Part shown: in pieces, positions 46,627-56,290 of the stretch
Position numbering within the stretch: the stretch's first letter is position 1
Layout of the letters: each line of letters starts with the position of its first letter
Origin: an uncultured Gammaproteobacteria bacterium
GTDB taxonomy: Bacteria; Patescibacteriota; Microgenomatia; Levybacterales; UBA12049
DNA length: 64,000 nt
Reading direction: 5' to 3'
Assembly: GCA_964507055.1 (NCBI GenBank)
Contig: CAZDOJ010000001.1
Location: 785,313 to 849,312 of the forward strand
Program-made: the position numbers and the translations under genes
The notes under the pieces: model-generated
Told to the model about the DNA's origin: nothing
What the model saw: only the letters and a program-made list of their open reading frames with translations
Database searches by the model: none

Positions 46627-48084
46627 ATGACAAGTACAGAAATATTAAGACCACAAATTCGACGACCTGCAACATTGCAGGCATTTGATTCTGCTTGCAG
46701 TACCACTGAAGTTGGAAAAGTTGTTGTGGGAAATAGACTAGCTCAATCTGGAGACATCAGAAGATTGGGAAGTGAAGTTGCAAGAGGATCAGAAGCAAGT
46801 AACACTCGAGTCACAGAACTTTCTGAGCGAGTTAATACTGCAGTTTATACGGCAATCGAAAGAATGTATGACCTAGCACCAACAACAGAGAATGGTGATG
46901 GAGAGACACCACAGACCTTTTTTCAAAGACACATGGGTATTGCAGATAACACAGTTCGAAAATTGGCTGAGAGTGTAAATTCAAATGATCCGTTATTGCA
47001 GGAAGCACCACAAGAATTTGCATCACCAGCAGATGTTATCAAACATCTGTCGTCACCGGATACAACTCCGGAATCGCGAAGAGCGGTTACAACACGATTG
47101 GCATTTGGTCTAACTTCAGCCGAACAAGCACCATACTTCGAAGGGGCTGCAGAAGTTTTATCTCAGGTAGATGCAATGATCAGTACTGACATTGTTACAG
47201 CACCCCGTGAGTCAGGAATGGTTTACACAGTGCACAATAATGATACTAATGAGGTTTACCGCATGGAGACTGATTTAGAAGCATTACTTGCACAAGATAT
47301 TACAGAAGATACGCATGTTAAAGCTCATGACTTACATGGAGATTTCCAACATATTGGTTTTACGGATAACCCCGATATAGGCCTAGTTGCTATCAGATCT
47401 AGAATAAAATCTGAAAATACTGCACTTTTGAAAACGGTACGTGCAGCAATTACAAGAACAACCAAAGAGGTAAAAAAACCGGAAGATATAGAAAAAGGAA
47501 ATAATATAGTTGCTACTGATACAAAAGATTTTGTCGGATCAACTTTTGTAGCAATGGATGCAGAAACAAGTTATGACGAAAAAGTTGTTAAGCTTAGAGA
47601 AAAAGTTAAACAGCAGTTTATGGATTTGTATCCTAACTTAACCGATGAAGATTTTGAAGAGGACTCAAAAACAGGTAAAAAACCTGATCAAGTTGATTTC
47701 AAATTTCAAAGATTCTTGGTAAATAATATTCCTGGTATAGAAGGCTATTACGAAGTTATGTTCTTTGGTCAAGATTATTTTGACTATAAGTATGCGGTTG
47801 GTACAACCGATGAAGAGACAGGCATACCGAATGGTTGTGCACACTCACTCTATGAAGGGAAAAGATTTTTTGATACGTATAGTGAAATTTTCAAACCCGA
47901 AGATGCTGACGGAATCAAACGAAAAATGTACGAAGACAGAGTGACACAATTATTTGCAGACAACCGAGTCGATATATCAGACTTACAAAAGGAATATGAA
48001 GAACAGCAATTAGTAAAAGGTGGAGATATCTTTGTAGGAGATTCGAGATTTACTTCAGCAGGGGTTGTGTATGCAAGTATCTAA
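46627..48084 (+). CDS. Hypothetical soluble protein (485 aa) without recognisable domains
   Basis: Long ORF with no TM or signal peptide. Acidic. Confidence 0.5.
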   Translation: MTSTEILRPQIRRPATLQAFDSACSTTEVGKVVVGNRLAQSGDIRRLGSEVARGSEASNTRVTELSERVNTAVYTAIERMYDLAPTTENGDGETPQTFFQRHMGIADNTVRKLAESVNSNDPLLQEAPQEFASPADVIKHLSSPDTTPESRRAVTTRLAFGLTSAEQAPYFEGAAEVLSQVDAMISTDIVTAPRESGMVYTVHNNDTNEVYRMETDLEALLAQDITEDTHVKAHDLHGDFQHIGFTDNPDIGLVAIRSRIKSENTALLKTVRAAITRTTKEVKKPEDIEKGNNIVATDTKDFVGSTFVAMDAETSYDEKVVKLREKVKQQFMDLYPNLTDEDFEEDSKTGKKPDQVDFKFQRFLVNNIPGIEGYYEVMFFGQDYFDYKYAVGTTDEETGIPNGCAHSLYEGKRFFDTYSEIFKPEDADGIKRKMYEDRVTQLFADNRVDISDLQKEYEEQQLVKGGDIFVGDSRFTSAGVVYASI

Positions 48085-49751
48085 TTGTTAAAAATTAAGT
48101 CTCGTACTTTTAGTTGCAGTTTGGTAGTACCATTCCACGTATTCTCATCGAGTACGTATGCTATATCTACTTTGTCGCCTACTTTAAGTTCTGCTGCAAA
48201 TTCGCCCATGCCAAATGCAATTGCTTCAAATGATTTTCCATTTTGTGAAACAATAAGCTTGAGGTGATTTGCTTCTTTTCCTAGAACTCGAATGTTCTCG
48301 ACACTAACACCTTTACTTGCAAATACTGGTTCGGGATTTGCCATGCCAAACGGTGCTAAGGTTTGCAGCTTTTGATAAAGCTCTTCGCTGAGAAAATCTA
48401 AAGACAGTTCCATATCTATTTTCAAAACCCTTGTGAGGATTTCCTCACCCAATAATGCGAGTGAATTATTTTCCAGAAGTTCTTGTAGTTGTGCAAACTT
48501 TGCTGTTTCAATTGTAAACCCTGCAGCCATTGGATGTCCTCCGACATTTACAAAATGTTCTTCGTGACTCCTTAGAAAATCTATGATATTAAAACCACTC
48601 ACTGATCGTGCAGATCCTTTACTATATGTTTCCCCTATCGAGAGCACAATTGATGGACGATAAAACGCTTCGACTAATCTCCCCGCAACCAAACCAATCA
48701 CACCTTCTTTATACGTCTCATGACCAATGATCAGTATATGCTTTGCTTGATCCAAAGAATTAATTTGCATAACTGCATGATCAGCTGCCTCTTTTAAAAG
48801 GAATTGTCTTTCTTTATTCGTCAATTCTAATTGCGATGAAAGTAATGTTGCACGCTGCTTGTCTTTTGTACAAAGTAAACGCAAACTATCCATTGCGGAT
48901 TCGATTCTCCCAGCAGCATTTAAACGAGGTCCGATGATATATCCAATTTCATAAACACCAATCGTATCTTGTTTAATTCCTGATTGTGTAAATAACGCCA
49001 CTAAACCAATTCTGTCAGTAGTGCGAAGTTTTTCTAACCCATGCATTACAAGTGTTCGATTCGCACCAGTGAGCGGTACAAGATCTGCTACCGTACCTAA
49101 TGCAGCGAGTTCAAGATGAATATCCTTTGAAGAATCAAAGCCACCGTGGATCTTTCTTAATTCTTTTGACAAAAGATATGCAACTCCTGCACCGCATAAA
49201 TTGGTTGTGTGTACAATTGCATGTGCATCAGGTTTTGTTTCACCTACAGTGTGATGGTCTGTGACGATAACATCAATTCCTAATTTATTGGCAAATGAGA
49301 CTGCTTCATGTGCAACGATTCCATTGTCGACAGTGATGATCAATTTGATTTCGTTAATTTTCTCCTGTGCATTCTCGATACCTTTTAACGAAAGCCCATA
49401 TCCTTCCTCAGTTCTACTTGGGATGTATGGTAAACATTTCGCACCAAGATCATGTAATGTTTCCCATAGAATTGCACTCCCTGTAATTCCATCGACATCG
49501 TAATCTCCAAAAACTACAATTTGTTCTTTTTTCTCAATTGCTTGGTTAATCCTTTTCAGTGCTTTTTTTAAATTTGTTGCATCGATACCTACAGACTTCG
49601 GGGTGACATCTTCTAAACTTGGATGCAGAAAATTTTCAACATCATCCTTTTTTTCTAACCCTCTATTTGCGAGGAGTACTTTTATAATAGTATCTACAGT
49701 TACCTCTTGTTGATCATTCGAAACAAAAGTCCATTTTTTCTTTGTTGGCAT
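48081..49751 (-). CDS. recJ: Single-stranded-DNA-specific exonuclease RecJ
   Basis: DHH motifs ('FGDYDVDGITGSA', 'DHHTVGE'), DHHA1 'GGHPMAAGF', and a C-terminal OB domain. Confidence 0.85.
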   Translation of the reverse strand: MPTKKKWTFVSNDQQEVTVDTIIKVLLANRGLEKKDDVENFLHPSLEDVTPKSVGIDATNLKKALKRINQAIEKKEQIVVFGDYDVDGITGSAILWETLHDLGAKCLPYIPSRTEEGYGLSLKGIENAQEKINEIKLIITVDNGIVAHEAVSFANKLGIDVIVTDHHTVGETKPDAHAIVHTTNLCGAGVAYLLSKELRKIHGGFDSSKDIHLELAALGTVADLVPLTGANRTLVMHGLEKLRTTDRIGLVALFTQSGIKQDTIGVYEIGYIIGPRLNAAGRIESAMDSLRLLCTKDKQRATLLSSQLELTNKERQFLLKEAADHAVMQINSLDQAKHILIIGHETYKEGVIGLVAGRLVEAFYRPSIVLSIGETYSKGSARSVSGFNIIDFLRSHEEHFVNVGGHPMAAGFTIETAKFAQLQELLENNSLALLGEEILTRVLKIDMELSLDFLSEELYQKLQTLAPFGMANPEPVFASKGVSVENIRVLGKEANHLKLIVSQNGKSFEAIAFGMGEFAAELKVGDKVDIAYVLDENTWNGTTKLQLKVRDLIFNN

Positions 49752-51172
49752 GGTATAATTTTAACAGCATGAAGCAAGTTGTGCCAGACGAAATCAAGAA
49801 AATATACGAGGTTTTTCGTGGTGCAGGTTTTCGACTCTACCTTGTTGGCGGATCAGTCCGTAATATCTTAATTTATAAACAGGATGCTATACAAAATATA
49901 AAAGATTGGGATATGACCACAGATGCAACTCCAGAACAAATGTTGCAATTATTCCCTGATGCATTTTACGATAACGCTTTTGGGACAGTTGGTATACCGG
50001 TTAAAAGCCTCATTGAGACAGAACATCCTGGTGTTGTTGAGATTACGACCTTCCGCACAGAACGTGGATATACAGACAGAAGACATCCAAGTGAAGTGAA
50101 ATGGGGCAAAACCATTAAAGAAGATCTGGCTCGACGGGATTTTACGATGAATGCAATTGCAATGGAATTTACAGGAGACTTTGCTGAAATTAATACAGAG
50201 CAACTCATTGATTTATACAATGGAGCAGATGATATTAAGAATAAGATCATTAGAACTGTTGGTAATCCCATGGAACGATTTAAAGAAGACGCACTTCGTC
50301 TCATGAGAGCTATCCGCTTTGCATCACAACTGGGTTTCCAAATTGAAGAAACGACGATGCGAGCAATCACAGAAGATGCACCTCTGTTGGCAAATATTGC
50401 TCGAGAACGAGTACGAGACGAACTAATGAAAATACTTGCAAGTGAGTATCCATATGAAGGTGTTATGCTTTTGAAAAACACAGGACTGTTAGAGCAAATT
50501 GTCCCGGAACTTCTGGAAGGAGTTGGCGTATCACAGGTCCGTCCGGGTAGACATCACAAAGATGATGTCTTTACACATAATGTCCTTTCGTTAAAACATT
50601 GTACCTCAGCAGATCCTGTTGTTCGTTTTGCAACTTTGATCCATGATATTGGCAAGCCACGTGTAGCTGCTGCTGATAGTGATGGTTATATCATTTTCCA
50701 TAATCATGAAATCATTGGTGCAAAAATGGCATACGAGATCTGTGATCGTTTACGATTTTCAAAAAAGAATAAAGAGAAAGTTGTAAAACTCATACGCTGG
50801 CATATGTTTACGGTTGATGAACATATTACAGATAGTGCTGTCCGTAGATTTATCCGTCGGATTGGAAATGGAAATGTAAAAGATATGATGGATCTTCGGG
50901 TCGGTGACAGACTTGGTGGAGGGACGCAAACAGCCGAGAGTTGGAGATTGAAATTATTTAAGAAACGTGTCGAAGATCAATTAGCTCCTGCACCATTCTC
51001 AATTAATGATCTTGCGATAGATGGAAATGATATCATGAAAGAGTTAGATATCAAACCTGGTAAACATATTGGAGAAATTTTACAAAAGCTTTTTGAGGAA
51101 GTTGATGAAGATCTAAATAATAATACAAGAGAATATCTACTGAATCGAGTACAAAAGCTTCATAAGAAATAA
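49742..51172 (+). CDS. cca: CCA-adding enzyme / tRNA nucleotidyltransferase with HD domain
   Basis: Pol-beta head 'LVGGSVRN' and 'DWDMTTD', 'RRDFTMNAIA', HD motif 'HHKDDVFTH'. Confidence 0.85.
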   Translation: MLAWYNFNSMKQVVPDEIKKIYEVFRGAGFRLYLVGGSVRNILIYKQDAIQNIKDWDMTTDATPEQMLQLFPDAFYDNAFGTVGIPVKSLIETEHPGVVEITTFRTERGYTDRRHPSEVKWGKTIKEDLARRDFTMNAIAMEFTGDFAEINTEQLIDLYNGADDIKNKIIRTVGNPMERFKEDALRLMRAIRFASQLGFQIEETTMRAITEDAPLLANIARERVRDELMKILASEYPYEGVMLLKNTGLLEQIVPELLEGVGVSQVRPGRHHKDDVFTHNVLSLKHCTSADPVVRFATLIHDIGKPRVAAADSDGYIIFHNHEIIGAKMAYEICDRLRFSKKNKEKVVKLIRWHMFTVDEHITDSAVRRFIRRIGNGNVKDMMDLRVGDRLGGGTQTAESWRLKLFKKRVEDQLAPAPFSINDLAIDGNDIMKELDIKPGKHIGEILQKLFEEVDEDLNNNTREYLLNRVQKLHKK

Positions 51173-51613
51173 CTATTTCTTCTTAGTAACTGCTACTTTT
51201 TGTACTGATGTACAAAAGGCACATCGCTTTGCTTCCATTGGAATCTCACTTAAACATTCAGTGCATTTCTTTGATGTTGGATCGAGTGGTTTCTTATTCT
51301 TTTGCATATTTGCCATAAGTTTATTCATAGGAGTAACAACAAAGAAATAAATGACCGCTGCATTAATAAAGAATGCGATTAAAACATTAATGAAATCCCC
51401 TACTAAAAACTTAGAATTATTAATTGTAAATGAGATTTGTGAGAAGTCTGGTTGCCCACCAATTGCAGCAATAAAAGGTGTAATCAAATCTTTCACCAAT
51501 GCTGTAACAACCGCACTAAATGACGCACCAATAATGATACCAACTGCTAAATCAACAGCATTACCTTTAACGATAAATTGCTTGAAGCCCTGAAGCGTTT
51601 CTTTAACCATCAA
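51173..51613 (-). CDS. mscL: Large-conductance mechanosensitive channel MscL with a C-terminal Cys4 zinc-ribbon-like tail
   Basis: 'GNAVDLAVGIIIGASFSAVV' TM1 signature. C-terminal 'CTECLSEIPMEAKRCAFCTS'. Confidence 0.8.
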   Translation of the reverse strand: MMVKETLQGFKQFIVKGNAVDLAVGIIIGASFSAVVTALVKDLITPFIAAIGGQPDFSQISFTINNSKFLVGDFINVLIAFFINAAVIYFFVVTPMNKLMANMQKNKKPLDPTSKKCTECLSEIPMEAKRCAFCTSVQKVAVTKKK

Positions 51614-51809
51614 GTGTATTATATGAGATATAGCTGAACTGTCAAGAGATATGTTGCAATTTCAAACTATACTATTATAATAGTACTGCAGAGTAAGAAT
51701 TGCCCACTTTGCAATCAGTTCAGAAATACAGTTTATGACAACACCGCACATACACTAACCGCTCGTATTTTTAAAACTCGCAAATAGGCACTTCTCAGCA
51801 GATTTTCAT

Positions 51810-53570
51810 ATGTTTAAACATATACCGAAAGAACCAATTGCATACGGTATGTATCTTACCAAAATGCACAAACGCTGGGCCTTCATGGCTTTATTTTGCG
51901 TGTTTGTAGCGACCGGTTTTGATAGATCCTCAGTTATTATTCTCAAAAATTTAACAGATTCAATCACACTTGGAGCTCATGCCCTGGATTCAATTTGGGT
52001 TTGGGCCATTGGATATCCTCTTGTATTATTAGCAGCGCATATCTTTTGGCGATGTAGCGGTTTTACGGGAATGCGATGGTTCATGAACTATCGTGCGTCA
52101 TCATATGAATCGCTTTATAACTACTTATCACTTCATAGTAAAGATTTTTTTAGTAGTCGATTTGCTGGAGCATTAACAAATAAAATTAATAATGCGACAG
52201 ATGGGTCTGAGAGTATTTTTGAAAAAGCATTATGGCAATTTATACCATTGGTAATAGGACTTGTTTGGTATGTGGCTTTTGCATGGACACAGAATTATAT
52301 ATTAGGAGTAATTATCGCAGCATGGTCAACAATCTTTATCGCTATAAACATATGGTTTGCGAGAAAACTCCAACCCCGCTCCTATAAATCGGCAGAAACA
52401 TTATCTAATCTAAAAGGAAGAATTGTTGATTCACTTTCAAATATTTCACTCGTTCATGAATATGCCAATATCTCAGGCGAACGATCATACATCAAAAAAT
52501 ATATTCATTCCCATAAGACAGCTGGACTAAGCCATTGGACAATGAGTGAATGGATACTCACGTTTAATGGAATCTTTATTTTCCTCTTTGTGCTGTTAAT
52601 GATAGGAACCTCAGTTTATTTATTTCAAAACGGAACGATAAGTATCGGGACAGTTGTGATGATTATTGCAATCGTAAGCAATCTGTACGGACAATTACTT
52701 TTTATTGGACAAGAATTGAGAGATGCAGCGACATATTATGGTGAAGCAAAAGAAGGACTTCATGAAATTTTGAAAGAACACACAATCGTCGATGCACCAA
52801 ATGCAAAAGATGTCGCAATCTCTAAAGGAGAGATCATCATTGATGGCATGGACTTTCAGTACGAAGAAAAGAAAATTTTTCATAACTTCTCTTTAGCAAT
52901 CCCTGCGGGGCAAAAAGTTGGACTTGTTGGAAGAAGTGGAGCAGGAAAGACTACTTTTGTTTCTTTACTCCTCAGACATTTTGATTTAAATGATGGAAAG
53001 ATTTCTATTGATGGCAATGATATTTCTCAAATTACGTTAAATAGTTTACGAAGTGCTATCGCATTTGTACCACAGGATACAAGTCTTTTCCATCGAACTA
53101 TTAAAGATAACATACGTTACAGTAATGAAAAGGCTTCTGATGAACAGGTGAGAAAAGCAGCTGAACAGAGCCAATCGAGTGAGTTCATTGAAAGTTTACC
53201 TCGAGGATACGATACACTTGTTGGTGAAAGAGGTATAAAACTCTCTGGAGGGCAAAGACAAAGAATTGCTATAGCTCGTGCTTTCTTAAAAGATGCTCCA
53301 ATTGTGGTCTTTGATGAAGCAACAAGTAGTCTTGATAGTCAAAGTGAACATGCAATTCAGGAGTCTATTGAAAAGCTTATGAAGAATCGAACAGTTATTG
53401 CCATTGCTCATAGACTTTCAACATTAAAGAAAATGGATAGAATTGTTGTTATTGAGAATGGAAAGATTGTTGAAGATGGTGTGCCAGATGAGTTATTACA
53501 GAAGAAAAATGGTGTGTTCAAGAATCTTTGGGATCATCAAATTAATGGATTCATCATGGACGAGCAGTAA
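51810..53570 (+). CDS. ABC transporter, fused permease/ATP-binding protein (type I exporter, ABCB-like)
   Basis: Six N-terminal TMs. Walker A 'GRSGAGKTT', signature 'LSGGQRQRIAIARA', Walker B 'VVFDEATS'. Confidence 0.85.
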   Translation: MFKHIPKEPIAYGMYLTKMHKRWAFMALFCVFVATGFDRSSVIILKNLTDSITLGAHALDSIWVWAIGYPLVLLAAHIFWRCSGFTGMRWFMNYRASSYESLYNYLSLHSKDFFSSRFAGALTNKINNATDGSESIFEKALWQFIPLVIGLVWYVAFAWTQNYILGVIIAAWSTIFIAINIWFARKLQPRSYKSAETLSNLKGRIVDSLSNISLVHEYANISGERSYIKKYIHSHKTAGLSHWTMSEWILTFNGIFIFLFVLLMIGTSVYLFQNGTISIGTVVMIIAIVSNLYGQLLFIGQELRDAATYYGEAKEGLHEILKEHTIVDAPNAKDVAISKGEIIIDGMDFQYEEKKIFHNFSLAIPAGQKVGLVGRSGAGKTTFVSLLLRHFDLNDGKISIDGNDISQITLNSLRSAIAFVPQDTSLFHRTIKDNIRYSNEKASDEQVRKAAEQSQSSEFIESLPRGYDTLVGERGIKLSGGQRQRIAIARAFLKDAPIVVFDEATSSLDSQSEHAIQESIEKLMKNRTVIAIAHRLSTLKKMDRIVVIENGKIVEDGVPDELLQKKNGVFKNLWDHQINGFIMDEQ

Positions 53571-53587
53571 TCTGCTATAATGTATTT

Positions 53588-54037
53588 ATGACCAAACAAG
53601 AACTTAAAGACGAATTAAAGAAATCAATGCTCGCAAAGGATTCTGAGAAAACTGGTGTACTCCGTATGGTGATCTCAGCCCTCGGATATTATGAAATTGA
53701 AAAAGGTGGTGCAGGATATGAAGCAACGGACGAAGACGTCATGACTGTATTGCAAAAACAAGTAAAGCAGCGACGTGATTCTGTGGAACAATTCAAAGCT
53801 GGCGGACGAGAAGATCTTGTCGAAAATGAAATGAAAGAGATCGCTTTGCTCGATCCCTATTTACCAGCACAAATGGGCGAAGATGAAATAGCTAAGCTTG
53901 TCGATGAAGCAATTGCGTCAACAGGAGCGTCTGGAGCACAAGATATGGGTAAGGTTATGGGAGCTCTTATGCCAAAAACAAAAGGCAAAGCAGATGGTGG
54001 ACTTGTTAGTAAAATTGTTCGAGAGAAACTTCAATAA
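53588..54037 (+). CDS. GatB/YqeY domain protein
   Basis: Full-length YqeY pattern ('LKKSMLAKD...VLRMV', 'EIALLDPYLP', 'DMGKVMGALM'). Confidence 0.8.
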   Translation: MTKQELKDELKKSMLAKDSEKTGVLRMVISALGYYEIEKGGAGYEATDEDVMTVLQKQVKQRRDSVEQFKAGGREDLVENEMKEIALLDPYLPAQMGEDEIAKLVDEAIASTGASGAQDMGKVMGALMPKTKGKADGGLVSKIVREKLQ

Positions 54038-54454
54038 TTACTCTTCTAGAGAAAATGCTTTGAGAATAGAAGCTTTATAAAAATCAGGAATATTTAGAGT
54101 ATCCAATTCATGTGGAGAAAATTGTTTAAACTCAGCATTTCCACCTTCTCCAACTAATTCAAACTCGCCAACTTTTTTAATGATTTTACAAAGATATGTC
54201 ACAATCAAAACTCCATGTGATTCATCAATAGAATTATTCACTTTGTACATATGGGTCTGCAAAATATCTTTGACATGGACCTCAAAGCCTAACTCTTCTT
54301 CCATTTCCCGCAATACCGTTTGCTCAGGTTGTTCTCCTTCTTCTAATTTCCCTCCAGGAATTTCCCATTCCTCTCGTTCATTTTTACGCAACCATACTTT
54401 GCCATTTTCTATGACTAACCCTTTCACTGATATTGGAACCATGTATGTATTCAT
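54038..54454 (-). CDS. NUDIX hydrolase
   Basis: Nudix box 'GGKLEEGEQPEQTVLREMEEELGF'. Confidence 0.8.
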   Translation of the reverse strand: MNTYMVPISVKGLVIENGKVWLRKNEREEWEIPGGKLEEGEQPEQTVLREMEEELGFEVHVKDILQTHMYKVNNSIDESHGVLIVTYLCKIIKKVGEFELVGEGGNAEFKQFSPHELDTLNIPDFYKASILKAFSLEE

Positions 54455-54918
54455 AATGTTATACCTATATTTTTAAGTTCTTTTTCAAGTTCACTTGCTG
54501 ATGTAAAGAGTATCCCATGCATTCCTAACAGATTTGCAGTATCGACATTTATTTGGAGATCATCGACATAGAATGTTTCATGTGCTGCTGCATCAATCTT
54601 TTGAAGTGCGACTTTATAAATTTGCGGATCTGGTTTTCTCATATTTATTTGATAAGAAAAAATGAGTTCATCGAATTCATCATACATTCCTTTTTGTGTT
54701 AGATACATAGCATGCTCTGCAACGGTATTTGAAAGTATAGCCAAAGGCATTTGTTGTTCTTTAAGACGTTTAACAATTTGTAAAACCTCTTTGTGCACGT
54801 AGTGTTTGTGGAACTCTTCTTCTGAAAGTTTGATATGATCAATAAGAAAATCTTCTGGAGAGAATAAAGTACTTTTATGGAGCACTCCTCCAACATCAAA
54901 AATGCCTGCCTTTATCAT
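54451..54918 (-). CDS. HAD-superfamily hydrolase (subfamily IA-like)
   Basis: Motif I 'FDVGGVL', motif II 'LSNT', a Lys in 'MRKPDP', and motif IV 'VDD'. 4-nt overlaps on both sides. Confidence 0.65.
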   Translation of the reverse strand: MIKAGIFDVGGVLHKSTLFSPEDFLIDHIKLSEEEFHKHYVHKEVLQIVKRLKEQQMPLAILSNTVAEHAMYLTQKGMYDEFDELIFSYQINMRKPDPQIYKVALQKIDAAAHETFYVDDLQINVDTANLLGMHGILFTSASELEKELKNIGITL

Positions 54919-55355
54919 AAGCCAAATATATTTTTTATCTTTTGTACAAACGATGGCGATTGAGAAACTGCTTGAGAAGGTTGAGCAACTTGCACAGTAA
55001 TATTCTCTCCTCCTTGGGATTGTAATTGTGCTGCTTGCTCAGGAGTCAATTGCAATTGATTGGGGTCAATTTGTACAACTTGGGCATTCTGTCCTTGCTG
55101 TGAAAGTGCTTGTTGGACTGCTCCATTTGAGAACAAATCTCGAATCTTTGTATTCATGAGGGCATTATTCCCGGTCATTCCTAAAAGTTGTTGAAATTTT
55201 TCAGGACTTATATGCATACCCTGCATGACCATTCCTTGAGCCTGGGGGTTATTTTTAAGAACTTCACCAAGCGTTTGATCCAAGACGCCTTGGTGTTGTT
55301 GTCCAACTTCAGGTGGAAGAGTGTGGTTAGCGTCTGTGGTTGGGGTATCAGCCAT
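54915..55355 (-). CDS. Hypothetical Gln-rich protein
   Basis: Sits in the secDF operon context. Low complexity. Confidence 0.35.
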   Translation of the reverse strand: MADTPTTDANHTLPPEVGQQHQGVLDQTLGEVLKNNPQAQGMVMQGMHISPEKFQQLLGMTGNNALMNTKIRDLFSNGAVQQALSQQGQNAQVVQIDPNQLQLTPEQAAQLQSQGGENITVQVAQPSQAVSQSPSFVQKIKNIFGL

Positions 55356-55372
55356 CTTTAGAGTATAACAGA

Positions 55373-56287
55373 TTAAGCCCTTTTACGAGTTTTTCTTTTT
55401 TCTGCCCATTCTTGCCAAACGACAAGCAAAGGAGCAGCATTAAAGATTGAAGAATATGTTCCAGCTGCCATACCGAGAAGCATAGCAACGATAAACCAAC
55501 GGATAGTTTCTCCACCAAAAATAAGGAGCGTTGTAAGAACAAGCATTGTCGTTAATGATGTATTTAAAGATCGGACAAGAGTTTGTAGTACGGAGTCATT
55601 TGCAACCTGTGCAAATGGTGCCTCAATATTTCTCTTAAGATTTTCTCTAATACGATCAAATACAACAATTGTGTCATGAACAGAGAAACCAAGAACAGTA
55701 AGTAAGGCCGTCACAAAGAGACTATCAATTTCGACATTAAAGAAGTGGCCTAATAAAGAGAATATACCAATAACCACGAGGGCATCATGCAGCATCGCAA
55801 TAATCGCACACACACCAAACCTCCACGAGCTTACTGGTTTTCGAACTCCACGGAATGACCATGCAATATAGAAGACAATGAGGATTGATGCAATGGTAAT
55901 CGAGCTCAGTGCGTTAATCGCTGTTTCCTGACCAATGACCGGACCAATTGTTTCGAATTGTTCTTGGGTAACTTTTCCGGTTTTGGCTTGAAGCTCTTTA
56001 ATAAGCTCAGCATCTTGCTTATCAGTTAAAGGCTTTGTACGAAGAATGACCTGATCTTCCGAAGGTTGTAGTGTTACAAGTTCTATATTCTTTGATTCGA
56101 ATACGTCTCGGATTTGTTCAACTTTTTGTTCGTTAACGACTTGTGGATATTGTAAAACTATTCGTGAACCACCTGTAAAATCAATCGAAAGTTTCAAGCC
56201 CCAAAGGAACAACGAAATAACACCAGGAATAATGATGAGTAATGAAAATGCAAAATACCAATTTCTTTTTCCTATAATATCTAACAT
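55373..56287 (-). CDS. secF: Protein translocase subunit SecF
   Basis: Six TM helices plus conserved SecF blocks ('FTGGSR', 'GPVIGQE'). Confidence 0.9.
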   Translation of the reverse strand: MLDIIGKRNWYFAFSLLIIIPGVISLFLWGLKLSIDFTGGSRIVLQYPQVVNEQKVEQIRDVFESKNIELVTLQPSEDQVILRTKPLTDKQDAELIKELQAKTGKVTQEQFETIGPVIGQETAINALSSITIASILIVFYIAWSFRGVRKPVSSWRFGVCAIIAMLHDALVVIGIFSLLGHFFNVEIDSLFVTALLTVLGFSVHDTIVVFDRIRENLKRNIEAPFAQVANDSVLQTLVRSLNTSLTTMLVLTTLLIFGGETIRWFIVAMLLGMAAGTYSSIFNAAPLLVVWQEWAEKRKTRKRA

Positions 56288-56290
56288 AAT

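Noticed and set aside
46503-46706. 67-aa minus-strand ORF spanning the divergent intergenic region
   Set aside because: It overlaps the start and the leader hairpins of the 46627 gene, and has no ribosome binding site. The region is better explained as a regulatory leader.
49949-50481. Minus-strand ORFs (84 aa and 171 aa) inside cca
   Set aside because: Antisense to a well-supported cca coding sequence. Spurious.
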